Counted from the stretch's first letter, positions 40,556-57,250 are shown. The stretch is 64,000 nt of DNA from the human T2T-CHM13v2.0 reference genome, Homo sapiens (GCF_009914755.1 NC_060938.1); one strand, 5' to 3'. The notes: generated by a model from the sequence alone, not told the origin. Program-made: numbers and translations.

Positions 40556-41620
40556 CTAGAAATCAGTTTCTCCTCCTTCCCCAGTTTACTGTTTTTAATT
40601 GCTGAAGGCTGTAGTTGCCTCTTTGTTTGGTGACTTTACCAAACTATTTTTGCAAAGTCAGTAATCCTTGCCATGTGTGGTCTCTGTTCAGCTAGTGCCT
40701 TGAGAGATTTCCTTGAATGCCAGGAGCTAAGAACAAATGAACCCCTCTGTCCTGCCCTGAACTTGAGCCTTCCCTGAGGCTTCCGACCTTCAAGACTCTT
40801 TCCTACCTACAGATGAACAAATCCACTGGCCCACCCTGGCCAGCCTCACCCTGCTTGGAGGCTCAAGGTCAATGTTCCCTAGCCCATGTCCTCCTGCTTG
40901 ATGCCCAGGGCCAGGGTTTAGCTAAGCTTCTCCCCACCCCCTAGGAGGGCATTGCTGCAGCCTCCCACAAGGGTACTGGCCCCCCTCTCAGCTGACTTGC
41001 TCTCCAAGGGCAGGCTGTCCCAACAATTACATGTGCCTCCACAGGGTCCTCTCTGTCCCAGGGATTAGCTCAGGAACATTCATTGTCCCAAAATCCAAGT
41101 ACAGCATCAGCCAGGAGCTCCTGGCACCAACAGGACAGTGCTTCCAGAAAGGCAGCATTTACAGAGACTAACTGGCATTGTGTTTCTCCGGCTTCCTGGA
41201 CCGACAAGCTCAGCTCTGTTGTGGACACAGAACACACAGCACAGCTCTCTCTGGCCTATGGCAGGAACAGAGGCTTATTGGTGACCTTCCAGTCTCTGTT
41301 ACCCTCAAAATGACCAGAGTGGCCAGCCCGAGTCTCTTGGGGGCTCCTTATCCTCTGCCCATGAGAAGCATCTCCCTCCCTCCTTCCTCTGCCCAGAGGC
41401 TTTCCCACTCTGCTTCCTTCTCAACTGGCCTGGTCCGTGTGGCCAGGTTACCAGCTCACCTTCCTCAGTCCCTGTCTTTCTTCCACACCTAGCAGAACCC
41501 CCAGGCATTTTGTTTTGCAAGGACTCAAGGACCCTACCTCTGACAGCCCCATCAGTGATAGCCCAAGCCCTGCAGCCTTCCTTGCTGCTAGGTCTGTGGT
41601 GACAATTAAATGAAAAAAAT

Positions 41621-42045
41621 GGGCAGGGCACAGTGGTTCACGCATGTAATCCCAGCACTTTGGGAGGCTGAGGCAAAAGGACAGCTTGAGCCCAGGAGTT
41701 CAAGACCAGCTTGGGCAACATGGTGAGAGCCCCGTCTCTACAAAGAAAAAAGAAAATGGCCGGGCACAGTGGCTCACGCCTGTAATCCCAGCACTTTGGG
41801 AGGCCGAGGCAAGAGGACTGCTTGAGCCCAGGAGTTCAAGACCAGCTTGGGCAACATGGTGAAACCCCATCTCCACAAAAGAAAAAAAAAAAAAATTTAG
41901 CTGGGCGTGCTAGCGCACACCTATAGTTCCAGCTACTTAGGAGGCTGAGGCAGGAGAATTGCTTCAGCCCAGGAGGTCGAGGCTGCAGTGAGCTATGATT
42001 GTGCTACTACACTCCAGCCTGACGACAGAGAAAGACCCCATCACT
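41621..42045 (+). mobile_element. AluJ-like with duplicated left arm
   Basis: Two left arms then one right arm. Confidence 0.88.
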
Positions 42046-42380
42046 CATACATACACATATACATAAATGAAAAAATGTCTCCAAAATGCTGGATGCAGGG
42101 GAGGTGTGGCAGCTGTTTATGAGGACTTCTGTTTGCAGTGCCTGCCCCACAGATGTTGCATTCATGAACTTTTGTTCAAAAGCTAAGATCACTTCCATCC
42201 TCCCTGGTCTTTCCTGAGATAATCTGTCCCGGAATCCAAGTTGTCCCCTCCAGTACCCAATCCTTTCGGAGGGGTTAAAGGGATTGCAGGGGAGATACAG
42301 GAGAAGGAGAGAAGACACAGGCTGCTGTGTAAGAAGTGAAACCAAGGGAAAGATAATGGGGATTTTAAAGATGGTTTGCA

Positions 42381-43016
<636 letters not shown>

Positions 43017-43609
43017 TCACGAACCATCTGGTAACATTCTGTAATAGTCTTCCATGGTTTTGTATTTGACTTGATGTTTTGGGTAATGCTAGAATGCTCG
43101 AGTTCTAGAGGCAGCTCAAGAAGACCTGCTACAGTATCACAACAGACATACGATTTTGTAAATGTTTTCCACTTGTAGTTGAGCCCAGTGTTTTCCTGCT
43201 GCTTTCTGCCTTCAGACCCACCATGTACCACATGGAACACGCGAGCTCCAGCAGAGGTGCCAGGTCCATCTTGCTCCCCACTGTAACCCTGGAACTGAGA
43301 ATGGTGCCTCAGACATGGCTGGTGTGCGGCAAACCAAAGTGCCCTCACTTTCAAGAACTGCCCCATAGCCCACAGAATGCCGTGCCACTGGTTACTAACA
43401 TTCCCCTACGTGGCAGGCTCAGGCTGCCTCCTGACACTTCTTTTTTTCAGAGTCCAGCTGCCGTCCAGGCTCCTGTTCCTCGATTCTCCTTGTGGTTTTT
43501 CTCATTTTTCTGGCTCCCTCTGAGCTGCTTCTAGCTAGGATTCAAGCAGGTGAGAGAAGTGAATGGCTGGAAGATTTACTTATGGGGTCAGAGCAACAGC
43601 ACCTGGTGA

Positions 43610-44303
<694 letters not shown>

Positions 44304-44796
44304 TAGACACACATTGACATGTTAAGCCAACGTGGATAGAGATGACAAAAGATGGCTTTTCTGCCTGTCCTGCAGCCCAGAACCCTCCAGAAGAGTGATG
44401 GGAAACCTATGGCTATCTTTATGTCTCATCCACATGGGTCACTGTAGATTCCTGGGTGGCCAAAATGGGTCTTAAGTTTGGGAAACTATTTGCCTGGCTG
44501 ATGTACGATGCATTTAAAACAAACATTTTGTCCATAATGTACTATGAAGGACACAAGACCTGATTTTCCTCCACGCATGTTTATGTCGACTCATCTAAGA
44601 GTAGTCTCCATCTCTGACATGAGGGAGGGATAGAGGTGCAGAGTGTGCCCCTAGGAGTAGCTTTCTTGGGCAGTTTCTGTGAGGGAGAAGGCTAAGTGTT
44701 AAGAACAGAACAGCACTGGGAACCAGTTAGAGGCAGAGGAAGCAGCAAATGCAAAGACCCTGAGATAGGAATGAATTGGTCTCCAAAATAATCTGG

Positions 44797-44990
44797 ATGC
44801 TGGGCATAGGAGCTCCTGCCTGTGGTCCCAGCTACTTGAGAGGCTGTGGTGGGAGGATCACTTGAGCCCGGGAAGTCAAGGCTGCAATAAGCTGTGATTG
44901 TGCCACTAGATTACAGCCTGGGCTACAGAGTGAGGTGTGAGACACTGTCTCAAAAATAAATAAGTAAATAAAAAATAAAAATAAACAAAA
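44797..44990 (+). mobile_element. Alu right monomer (FRAM/AluJ-like)
   Basis: Right-arm sequence plus A-rich tail. Confidence 0.82.
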
Positions 44991-45145
44991 TAACTTGGCA
45001 GCGGCAGCAGCGTCTGTGAAAAAGGCTTAGGAGCTGAAGAAGTCAGTAAGGATAGAGTAAGTCATTTTTAAGTGGTACCAAGAAAGCGTTAAATAATCTT
45101 ATATTTTACAGTGAGAAAATACAATTCTCACTCCATCTTTCTGAT

Positions 45146-45151
45146 TTTATT
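45146..45151 (-). terminator. ABCD4: ABCD4 distal polyA signal AATAAA (others: AATAAA 45293-45298, ATTAAA 45854-45859)
   Basis: TTTATT / TTTAAT on the + strand within the AT-rich 3'UTR. Confidence 0.6.
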
Positions 45152-46316
45152 AAGGAGAAAAATCTCAGTTGAGTGCCAGTCCGTCTAACTCCTCACCTCT
45201 CTTTTTTACAAAATGAACAAGCCTCAGGCCCAGAGTCTATGCAGGCAACAGCATCTAGCCGTAAGTTAATAACACCGATGGTTTTTCTTGTATTTATTTT
45301 TAGTTACTTTCCATCTATGTTAAGTGTAAAATTTCACTTAAAAATCCATTTAAACTTAAAAGGTTTGTTTTTAAAAATATTAAGTAACTCAAGTACTAGA
45401 AGTACAGAAGCCTGGCAAAAATTATGAAGGTAAGGAAGGTAATACATAGACAACTGAACTGGAGGGGCACTGGTCTGAGTGAGGACTTTGGGCACAGTAA
45501 CTCCACCTCATGCTTTGTGCTTTCTGGGTTTTGTCTAATTTGCTGTTGTTGTTCCCTAATATAGACTATTTTTTTAGAAAACCCAACCTTATTTTGGCTA
45601 AGGGGAAAGGGATTTACTTTCATTTGGGTTAAGGTAGGGCAGACCAAAGGCCCCTGGAAGTTAGTGGTTCAGGTTCTAACTACACAACACTGGCAAGTGG
45701 AAAGGGAGATGTGGGGAGAAGTGAAAAACCCTGGGCATAAGATTCCAGAACAGCAGAGTGTGCTTCCCTTCCCACCAAGCTGTCAAATACAAATCTGGAG
45801 ATTCAATAAAAAAGATCATTCCATGATAGAGAAGACAGAAAGCTGTAATTCTTTTTAATGTTTAACTTTTCTTTGTAAAAAACTTATTAAAAAACTTAAA
45901 TGGTCAGTTAAAGTTAAAAATCTATTGCTGCACAATTTAACTGATTAAAAGATTTCCAGATCTCTTGACTCCAAGAGTCATTTCTTTCATTTCTTACAGA
46001 TCTCACACTTCCAGATTTCTCTTTAGCAAACATGATCTGAAATCATTTGTAGGTAATCAGCACTTCAAGCATATGGAGGCTCTGGCTGAGGCAGCAGAGT
46101 CCTGGGAGACTGAACACTGGGAGATTCAGTGTCCCCCACAGAAACCTAGACCTGGGCTCAGCCCACCACTGCTAGGGGTCCTGCACAGGACCCATGTGGC
46201 TCCTGCACGGGATCTATGTGGCGAACCTGAGCTCGATCTTCGCTGTCAGTCCTCCTGGTCTCTCCTGAGGGCCGCCGACCCGCCACAGTGTGGCTCTCCT
46301 TCCAAAAGCCAGAGCT

Positions 46317-46385
46317 TCATTCCACTTTGATTCTCATCAGCTCCCATCTTCCTCCTCCACAGAGTTTCAGAACCAAGGAATGAAA
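46317..46385 (-). CDS. ABCD4: ABCD4 exon 19 coding part (69 nt; FHSLVLKLCGGGRWELMRIKVE*); lysosomal cobalamin exporter half-transporter
   Basis: ttgtag|TTT acceptor; TGA at 46319-46317; summed CDS 1821 nt = 606 aa. Confidence 0.95.
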   Translation of the reverse strand, partial: FHSLVLKLCGGGRWELMRIKVE

Positions 46386-46532
46386 CTACAAGAGACCACC
46401 ACCACATGGAGATCAGGCTGCCCTGGCCGCCGGCAGAGGAGGCCACTCGGTTCTCTCTGCTACTGCTACTCCCCGTTTTGAGGGGCCTCTGGCCCTGGCC
46501 AGGCTGAGCCTTTGGGTTCTTTCTCCTCCTCA

Positions 46533-46700
<168 letters not shown>

Positions 46701-47121
46701 TCAAAGCCCTGCCCTCTGCCGCCGCTGCTTCTCCTCCCACCCATACTCAACCCCAGCTGGGACCCAGGGGAGGCTGAAAGCTGCTCTGGCTTCCAGAAGC
46801 CCTGCCTCAGGGAGAAGGATGGGCCAGAGGAGCAGAGGGCCAGACTCTCCAAGGGAATAGCCTGTGAGCAGCTGCATGAAATCTCTCAGCTTCTATAGAT
46901 AAGCACCAGCCACTCCCTGGGACCACTCAATCCAGGGAATCCCAGTCCCCCGCAAGAATGTCAGTCTTTGGAAAAGTCCACACCCATCCACCTGCCAGGC
47001 ACAGCTTGGTGGGAGAGGAGGATGGGTGCCCATTCATTTGATGGTGGAGCCAGAGGAGCATAAAATTATAACCCTTCAATGTTGGCTCCTGGCTCCAGCT
47101 GCTGCCAGGCAAAAAGCTTAT

Positions 47122-47430
<309 letters not shown>

Positions 47431-47488
47431 AAAAGAAAACAGAAGAAAAGCAAGCTTATGAGCTGGCAGTACCGCATATTCAGTGTTA

Positions 47489-47764
<276 letters not shown>

Positions 47765-48057
47765 CTAGAGGAGGAAGAATATAGCTTGGCTTTTACCTAG
47801 AATGGTCTGGGTAGGAAGAGGTTTCTCTGCACAGAGGTGAGCCCCAGGAGACAGAAGCCCCTTCCCTTTCGACCATAGGCCTACAGCCCTCACAGAGTGA
47901 GGCAAAACTCTGTTCCCAAGGGCATAAACTTGCACCCGACTGACCAGCCAAACATCTGGACTTTGGGGTCAGGAGCCGTTCCATTCCTTGACAGGGACCC
48001 TGAAACCCACTGTCTTTATGGTGGGGCTATCTCTGGAGCACCCAAGCTCTTTTCTTA

Positions 48058-48168
<111 letters not shown>

Positions 48169-48567
48169 TCATGGGGAACCTCCCTCACTCCCCAGCATAC
48201 ACACACACCTCTAAGACAAATATATGCCCCAGTGGCATACCAAGGCGGGGGACTGTGGGACAGTCTGCCCCAGGCAGAGAGGAATATTCTACCAATGACA
48301 CTGTTTAGACTTGCTGGAGCATGATGACAGTAAAAAGCAAACCGCCTTCATCAATCCTATTCTTGTTTTAAAATTCTCCAATGAGAGCACTACCCCCTTC
48401 GTGCCTAAACCTGGCCAACAGCACACACTGTCAACTGATACTCCCATTCTCCACCCCAGGTTCAGACTTCCAGTCCTGGGCCCAAGCATAGCAGGGCCAG
48501 CACCTGCCTACCTGTAGCTGGTGCTCCCAGGTGGGCTCGGGTCCTGAGGGTCCCTCTCCCCACTTAC

Positions 48568-48617
48568 CAGGCCTGCCAATTCCAAGAACCTCAAGATCCT
48601 CTCATCATCGGCAGAAC
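48568..48617 (-). CDS. ABCD4: ABCD4 exon 15 (50 nt; [16 protein letters not shown])
   Basis: AG/GT boundaries; frame continuous. Confidence 0.93.
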
Positions 48618-48683
48618 CTGCACAACAAAGAAGCCTTCTGCAAAAAGCCAGAGCCTCCTGGCTGGTCAAAATAGACAGGGCAA

Positions 48684-49067
<384 letters not shown>

Positions 49068-49325
49068 TCATAAGGGAAGGGGTGGGTGAAGGAAGGCATC
49101 ACTTTCCTTGTCCCAGTGGGCATCTCTCCTTAAGGACAGAAAGAATGAGGTGAGATCTGGGTACAGACCCCAAAACAGTCAAAGGAAGAGGAGAGGAGCC
49201 CCTCTTCCTTGAATCAGCGGCCTGGCTGGAGCCTCTCCCCAAGGGCACAGATGAGGCCACAGTCAGGTAGAGCAGGGACAACCATGACAGAAGGAGAGGA
49301 CATGACCTAAGGAGGACCAGCTCAC

Positions 49326-49362
49326 CTGAGTCGGGGTAGACCTCCTTCAGGGGATATATCAC
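49326..49362 (-). CDS. ABCD4: ABCD4 exon 14 (37 nt; VIYPLKEVYPDS)
   Basis: ttttctcag acceptor, G|gtgag donor. Confidence 0.93.
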
Positions 49363-49869
49363 CTGAGAAAAGAAAAAAACCACACCAACCTAGGAGGGCG
49401 AGCAAAAGACGGAGCTGCACACAGCCCACCCTCCCTCCAGAACCCACTGGAACCTCCCAAGGAGGAGAGGTGGGAACGCCTGGCCTGGGTCAGATGGGAG
49501 AGGCTCTGGCCGGCAGACAGCAGGGCAAGGTCCCTACAACCTTCAGAAGTGTGTTTAGGGGGAACAGTCTGACAGCCTCCTGAGGGCAGGGGCCCCAGAA
49601 TCCGACCTTGGGTGTTTGACATACGCGTGTGGTATTTGGCGTGAGTCCTTGCCCCATTTACCTGCCTCAGGAGCTGCTGTGAGTAGTGGGCCCAATCCAT
49701 GGATGTGAATAGAAGGTTCTTAGAGCCAGCAGTTCCCAGGCCCGGGCCACTTCACCACCTCACCTTTTGCCCTGACTCTAGGACCTGAGACTTGTCACAG
49801 TGCCAGAGGTCCCAGCTGTGGGTGGGCGGGGTTGAGGAGGGAGGAGTGAGCCCCCTGAACTAGACTGAC

Positions 49870-49961
49870 CTGCTCCCGAAGGGTCCCGTCAGTGAAGAAT
49901 GGCTTTTGTGGCAGGAATAGCACCCCATGGGGCCCAAAGTCCGTCAGCATCTGCACTGAGC
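49870..49961 (-). CDS. ABCD4: ABCD4 exon 13 (92 nt; Q-loop FLPQKPF...TLREQ)
   Basis: AG/GT boundaries; frame continuous. Confidence 0.95.
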
Positions 49962-50133
49962 CTGCAGAGCCCACAGAAACCTCCATTGTGAGATCTCCCA
50001 GAAGAGGCAACTGCCTGTCTCCTCTCTTCCTTGTTCCCCAACAGAAAAGAATGGATTCTACCACACCGTCCCCGCCTTCACCCCACCCCTAGGGCCCAGG
50101 CTGGGTCAGAGGCAGGGAGGGCCTGGCTCTCAC

Positions 50134-50342
50134 CCCGTGTACTCGTCCAGAGGCCACCCAGAACCCGGAGCAAGGAGGTCTTGCCAGTGCCCGTGTTGCC
50201 TGTGATGAGCAGGCTCTGTCCCTCGGAGATCTTTAGGCTCAGATCCTTGATTAGGGGTTTGTCAGAGGAGGGGGCAGAGATGGAGACCCGCTCAAGGAGA
50301 AATGCTGTGTCTGCTGGCTCTGCCGCTGGCCACCCTGGGGGT
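50134..50342 (-). CDS. ABCD4: ABCD4 exon 12 (209 nt; Walker A GNTGTGKT)
   Basis: AG/GT boundaries; P-loop. Confidence 0.96.
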
Positions 50343-50434
50343 CTGTGTCAGAGAAGAGAGGGGGCGTGAGGAAGATGGGCAGGGTCAGTATTGCTGTGGG
50401 GGAGGCACTGCTCCCGGGAGCCACCACCTGTGGA

Positions 50435-51118
<684 letters not shown>

Positions 51119-52130
51119 GGGGTAGGGGTGGAACTTCTACTCTCTGCCTGGCTGGACAAAGCCCCTTATGGGACTGATCTTACTCAGTCTAATGCCCATG
51201 AGTCTCAAATATCATCACAGATGAGGACACTAAGAATCAGGTGGCTAAGTAACTGCCCAGGTTGCAGAGCGGTATTCAACAAATTCTAATGCTGGTGGGT
51301 CTTCATGGCATCACAGTGTGACCAGAGTACTAATAACAAGAATGGGAGTGGTTAAAGCTAAATGGTTCTGGAGTTTCTGCCTCTGCATGGATGCCTGGCT
51401 CCCCACAGAACAGCAATTCCAGTTTCCTACAGACCCTCCTTCATGCCCAGCCTCTGCACTCATGGTTGCATGAAGCTTTCATTTGGAACAGAAGCAACAG
51501 TTAAGGTATTAGCTCCTAAGAAAAGCAAGTTGAGTGTAGGCCCTGGAATTCAGACTGATTTTTGAAAGCTTATGATGTGGCCACTGTCCAAGCACTTTCC
51601 ATGGATGATGATATCTAATCCCTACAACAAGTGAAGGAAGTTCATTATGACCTCCTTTTCAGACATGAAGAAACAGAACAGTTAGGTAATCTGCCCAAGG
51701 AAAGTGTGGAGATCAAGCAAATCCTGAATGCACAGAAATATTACAGATCCACGCAGACACACGGATACAGACATCTCTGGGGCTGAGTGAGGTGGGGGAA
51801 CAAAGACAGACATGCCCCAAGGAAAGGGGCAGGGAGAGGAATCAGCGGGAGGAGGAAGCACAGGAAGGGGAGGACACTGCAGATTCCTGTTATCTCAGGC
51901 AGAAGGTGTGTGTACTTTGCTTCCACTGGCCGGGGAATGGTGTAAATTAACACAACAGATGCCGGAACAGCAACATCGACTGTGAACTTACATGTGCCTG
52001 GCATTCCATTTCCATTTACTCCTTACAACTCTGCTGCCCAGCTGGGAAAGGGCAGGACTCCAGGGTAACCCAAGCCAGGTGATGCCACAGCCTGCAGCCT
52101 CAACTACTGCTCTGCCAGCCCGCTACTCAC

Positions 52131-52220
52131 GTGTCCAAGCCCCACTTGCTCTCGCCCAGGATCTCGCAGTCCTGTGACTTCAGGGACATGTCCAGAAGCG
52201 TCTCCCGAAGCTGCCCAATT
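52131..52220 (-). CDS. ABCD4: ABCD4 exon 11 (90 nt; IGQLRETLL...SKWGLD)
   Basis: AG/GT boundaries; frame continuous. Confidence 0.94.
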
Positions 52221-52394
52221 CTGAACAAGAAAAGAAAATCTGAGGCAGGGTCTGGGAGCCAGGTGAAGGTGAACTCCTTTTCCTATCTCACACCCACGAG
52301 TACATGGTATGTCTCTGTTCCTTTTTTCACTCAGCCACTTCTGCCAGCAGCACACACTTTGCTCAGGAGCCAGAGGGGTGGGACACGGCCTCAC

Positions 52395-52486
52395 CTGTGC
52401 GTGTAGCCAGCCACATCTGAGAGCGTCGTGGACAGGTCGATTAGCTGGGTGAAGCAGCTGATGAGGTAGATGCACACAAAGGCATT
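52395..52486 (-). CDS. ABCD4: ABCD4 exon 10 (92 nt; NAFVCIYL...VAGYTHR)
   Basis: AG/GT boundaries; frame continuous. Confidence 0.95.
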
Positions 52487-52591
52487 CTGGACAGGATGGG
52501 AAGAGGTCAAGCAGGTCTCGACTCGAGCCCACAGACACTGGGCCAAGGACAGAGAGGGACAGCATGTGGGGTGACCAAGAGGGAGTCTCAC

Positions 52592-52713
52592 CTTGCTGAC
52601 CAGGGTGCTAAGCTCTGTGGGACTCAGGTCTCCATAGACCCCGCTGAAAATGGGGATTGCGATGACAACGTAACTCAGGATGCTGCCCAGATAGTCAAAG
52701 GTGTTGATGCCGA
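52592..52713 (-). CDS. ABCD4: ABCD4 exon 9 (122 nt; [12 protein letters not shown]...TLVSK)
   Basis: AG/GT boundaries; frame continuous. Confidence 0.95.
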
Positions 52714-52908
52714 CTGTAGAAAACACATCTGTGAGACACCCAGGAACCATCCACATGCCCTACAGCGGACACAACCCTAAGACAGGGAGCAGGACGCCAA
52801 GTAGGGCCACGTGGACTCTCTGGATCCTCATTCTCCTGAGGATACTCACAGAAAGGCAACAGCCCCCCCTCCTCATCCCCGGTTAATTCCTTCATCATGG
52901 CACATTTA

Positions 52909-53133
<225 letters not shown>

Positions 53134-53289
53134 TCAGCCAGGTTGGGGGGCCGCCTGTCCCATATCACACCCTCCTTTAGAAACCAAGGCCATTCAAATG
53201 ATCTTGGTCTCAGGATCTGTCTACTGGTAGCGCCCATTCACGGCTTCAGTCATGCCTTAATGGTATTGTCTGTGTGAAGAACATAAACT

Positions 53290-53490
53290 CTAGAGTTGGG
53301 CAGACCTAGTTCAAATCCTGGCTCTGGCCAGTTACTAGCTGCGTGACACAGGCAGGCTACTTAAGCCTCCAAGCCTCAGTTTTTTTAATCTATAAAATGG
53401 AGCCAATAATACCTATGTAATAGGTTAGAGTTAGAATTAAAAGTTTCTAAATATAAAGTGCCAAGCACATAAGGAGCCCTCAATAAATAA
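53290..53490. mobile_element. MIR
   Basis: ttcaaatcctggctctg...gcctcagttt...ataaaatgg...agtgccaagcacata. Confidence 0.8.
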
Positions 53491-53800
53491 AAACTATTGT
53501 TAAATAAACATACACAGAGCGGTTACTAGGTGTACCAGGCATTGCACTAGTTAGCTAGTGCAATAAAGAAATGAGAAAATTATCTCTGTCTTTGAGGAGC
53601 TCTCAGTCCAGAGGGCAGGCAGGCACACTGCATTCTTCACTTGGAATCAGGAGTACTAAGTGTGCCCTCAGGGCCATGGCAGCAGATAGGCTTAGCCATT
53701 AAGGGAGTCTGGGAAGGCTCTCCAGAGGAGGTGATCTGGGGTTTCAAGGATGGGAAGAAATTCGCTAGGCAGAAAAGGTGGAGGGAGATTTCAGATTTTG
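53490..53800. mobile_element. L2 fragment
   Basis: gtaccaggcattgcactag...ctttgaggagctctcagtc...ggaaggctctccagaggaggtga. Confidence 0.6.
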
Positions 53801-53867
53801 CACAGAGGCCACAGAAGAACTCATCTGAAACTCTACAAACTAACCTGCCTTCCCCAGAGCTTCATGA

Positions 53868-54198
<331 letters not shown>

Positions 54199-54991
54199 TC
54201 CAAAAGCAACTTTTTTACACACCCAGCCCTGCCCACCTCACAACCCCACCCCAGCGCAGATTCCCAGTATTCTTGGTGCCCTCAAGTGGTGGAGGTTGCA
54301 AACTGCAGCAGAGACTGAGGAGCAAAGGTCCCAGGGCTATCACATCCACCCCAAGTACAGAGCCAAGGAGTAGCTTCCACTTCTTAAACGCAAACCTCTG
54401 CCTGCACTATCAATCCTAACGCTGATTTCAGAGGCCTCACATAAGGCAGAGCACAGGGACCGGTTCTGGCCCTGGAGGGAAGGGATGGGATTTCATGCCG
54501 CTGCTGCTGCTCCTGCTGCTGCCGTCAGGAGACCAGACGCTTGGCTCCATTAGACAGCATTGTGGGGAGCAGGTCTCCTGGTTTTCTGAGAAGCTCCCAT
54601 TCCATCCCACGCTACGGAGACAAAGGATCAGGCTTGAACCTCAGGCACTGGCAAGAAAGCTTCTTAACAGACAGAAGAGCAGAGGCAGACGGATGTCTTA
54701 CAGTCACCAGCAAGAGGATGAGGCGTTCATTCATTTGACAATTTCAGGCCCCACGCTAGGCCACTAAGACTAAAGCTGGCCACAGTAAGGAACCACCAGC
54801 TTCAGAAGCAAACCCCTGGACCTAAGGATGAGGCAGGCAAGGGCAGGGGGAGGTAGAGGGAGAGGGTCACAGCCAAGTGTGACAACACTCAGCCCCTGAG
54901 CTCGGTGGTGGTGGGAGGGTTGAGGATTCATCTTTCCTTCTCCACTCTCAGCTCTGGCAAGGCAGAAGGGGAACCATCTCTCCAGACTCAC

Positions 54992-55042
54992 CTGTAGAAA
55001 GCAGCAGGCTCCGCATTCACCCGAATCTGCATGTGCTTGAAC
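54992..55042 (-). CDS. ABCD4: ABCD4 exon 7 (51 nt; FKHMQIRVNAEPAAFY, EAA-like motif)
   Basis: AG/GT boundaries; frame continuous. Confidence 0.94.
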
Positions 55043-55479
55043 CTGGGCGGACCAAAGGGAAATGTGTGCTGACAACAGGGAGTACTGGCCTCACTCTTGT
55101 TGGAGTCCTGGATCACAAAGACCGCCCAAGCGGAGCCCGGCTCTGCCTCAAAACCGTGGCTGCCTCAGTCTGACCCTTTCCTGGACTGTTATGGGGTAGA
55201 AAACCCCAGGGCTAGGTGGTGTGGCAGGAGCTCTGCAGAGACAGGGCTGCCCCTCAGCTTTCTGCAGAGAGGACAGGGGTATTCCTGCTCACAGCATCTC
55301 CTCCTCCCAGGGCCTGGCCCAAAGGAGGGGGACAAGAAGCACAGGGCAGGCACTGGATCCATTGGCTGCCACACCCAACTGATCCAAGACAGGGCGGTTA
55401 TGCCAGGGCAGTGAGAAGGCCAAGAGATGACAATGACGATGGTGATGGCCAGGCAGACACGGTTCTCAGACCTTCTCAG

Positions 55480-55665
55480 GTATGATTTCATTAATCCTCC
55501 TAATCCTCTCAGTAGGCAACGGTACCATTTCCACTTTAGAGACAAGAACATTGAAGCTTGGAGAGGTTAAAGACCTCTCCAAGATCACACAGCTAGTAAC
55601 TGGCACAGCTAGGATTTGAACTTAGGCAGTTTTACTCCAGATCCCCTTCCTTAACTATTATGCCC
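55480..55665. mobile_element. MIR
   Basis: gagaggttaa...ccaagatcacacagctagtaa...ggatttgaac. Confidence 0.8.
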
Positions 55666-55697
55666 CAGCCCAGAAACCTCAAGTGAGGGAGACACAC

Positions 55698-55823
55698 CTA
55701 AAATCTCCCTCCAGCTTCTCCTGATGCACCAGCTTCATCACAATGGGGCCCATCAAAGTTTTGTTCACCACGGTCCCCAGGATGAAATACCCGAAGATGC
55801 TCACAGGCCCGAGCCAGCCTGTG
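55698..55823 (-). CDS. ABCD4: ABCD4 exon 6 (126 nt; [10 protein letters not shown]...EKLEGDFR)
   Basis: AG/GT boundaries; frame continuous. Confidence 0.95.
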   Translation of the reverse strand, partial: HRLARACEHLRVFHPGDRGEQNFDGPHCDEAGASGEAGGRF

Positions 55824-56175
55824 CTGAAATAGAGAGAGAGGGAGAGAAGGGAGAGGGTGTGGGGTGCCACCTATCCCCACATGCCTCAGCCCTGACTCCT
55901 GTTCCCTCTCAGGTAGCCCCTGTCCAATCTGAGTGGCCTAATGGGCCCTCTGCTCCTATGTGGGGGCATCTGGTATGAGCTCTCAGAGCCAGGATATCTG
56001 TGACACTGCAACACAGGGCCAAAGGAAGGGCAGGGGCCTGAGCACGTGGGATGGGTGAGCACGTGGTAAGGTACGGTGGGAGAGAGGGGAAATAAGCTTC
56101 TCTTGGACCTTGACCTGGGAGAGCTGACTGAGGGCCCTCTGGGGAAACACCAGGCTGGGGAGGAGGGAGGCTTCA

Positions 56176-56367
<192 letters not shown>

Positions 56368-56959
56368 TCACCTCTGCTCTTGACCTTGCCTCACAGTGCT
56401 GTGAACACTGACCCTATGGGAAGAGGGAACCAGACAAGGCTGGTTTCCTAGGGGCAACTAAATCCCAGGGCCTTTAAACAGGGTTCTAGAGAGTTGCATC
56501 TTACGGTGCCTCAGTTAATCCCCTGAAAAAGTGGGAACTGAAAGGTCCAGTACCCAGGGGCCTGAGCCAGCTCTGAGCAGAGCCAAAGAAAAACTTGAAG
56601 GTAGATGAGCTGTTTTGGATGATCAAGAAGACTATCCCCTTTATCTCAATCCTCCCAAATTTCTCTTATATAAGCCCTAGCCTGGCCCCTTTAGTTATCT
56701 GGCTGTGAAAGCTCCAGGCTGTGAGGCACACCTGTAGTCCCAGCTACTCAGGGGGCAGAGGCAGGATGGAAGCCATAGCCATCAGAAAGAGGCCTAGAAG
56801 TTAGGCAGCAGCAGCAGCCTCCCACGCATCTTTGCACCAAAGCTAAGCTTGAGCTGAGAGGTACCCCAACCAACAAAGTGCTTGCTAGGAAGGTGGTGAG
56901 TGAGGGGATGGGTGTGAAGGAGACCCCCTATGTCTCATCTCACCACTAGGGCCATACTG

Positions 56960-57250
56960 ATTCCTATTCCCAATGAGTGACGTGACCTTGGGCAAGTCAC
57001 TTGCAATCTCTGGGCTTCAGCTTCCTCATCTGTAAAATAACAATAGCTAACTTACACTGAAACACTTGCTATGTGTCAAGCACTGTACATGTGCATTACA
57101 TGAATGATATTTCATCCTCACTACACCCTTTGAGATAGGAACTATTATTGTCCTCATTTTACAGAAGGGGAACCTGGGGCTTGGTGACTTTAAGAGTTAT
57201 AACCTGAGTGGTGATAGAATGGAGATGTGAATCCTAGACTGAGTCCTGGA
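56960..57250. mobile_element. Two opposed MIR fragments
   Basis: gtgaccttgggcaagtcactt...ctcatctgtaaaat; cattttacaga...gaacctgggg. Confidence 0.75.

Noticed and set aside
45860-45945. Short inverted repeats (TCAGTTAAA / TTTAACTGA) in the ABCD4 3'UTR
   Set aside because: 9-bp matches in very AT-rich sequence are compatible with chance.
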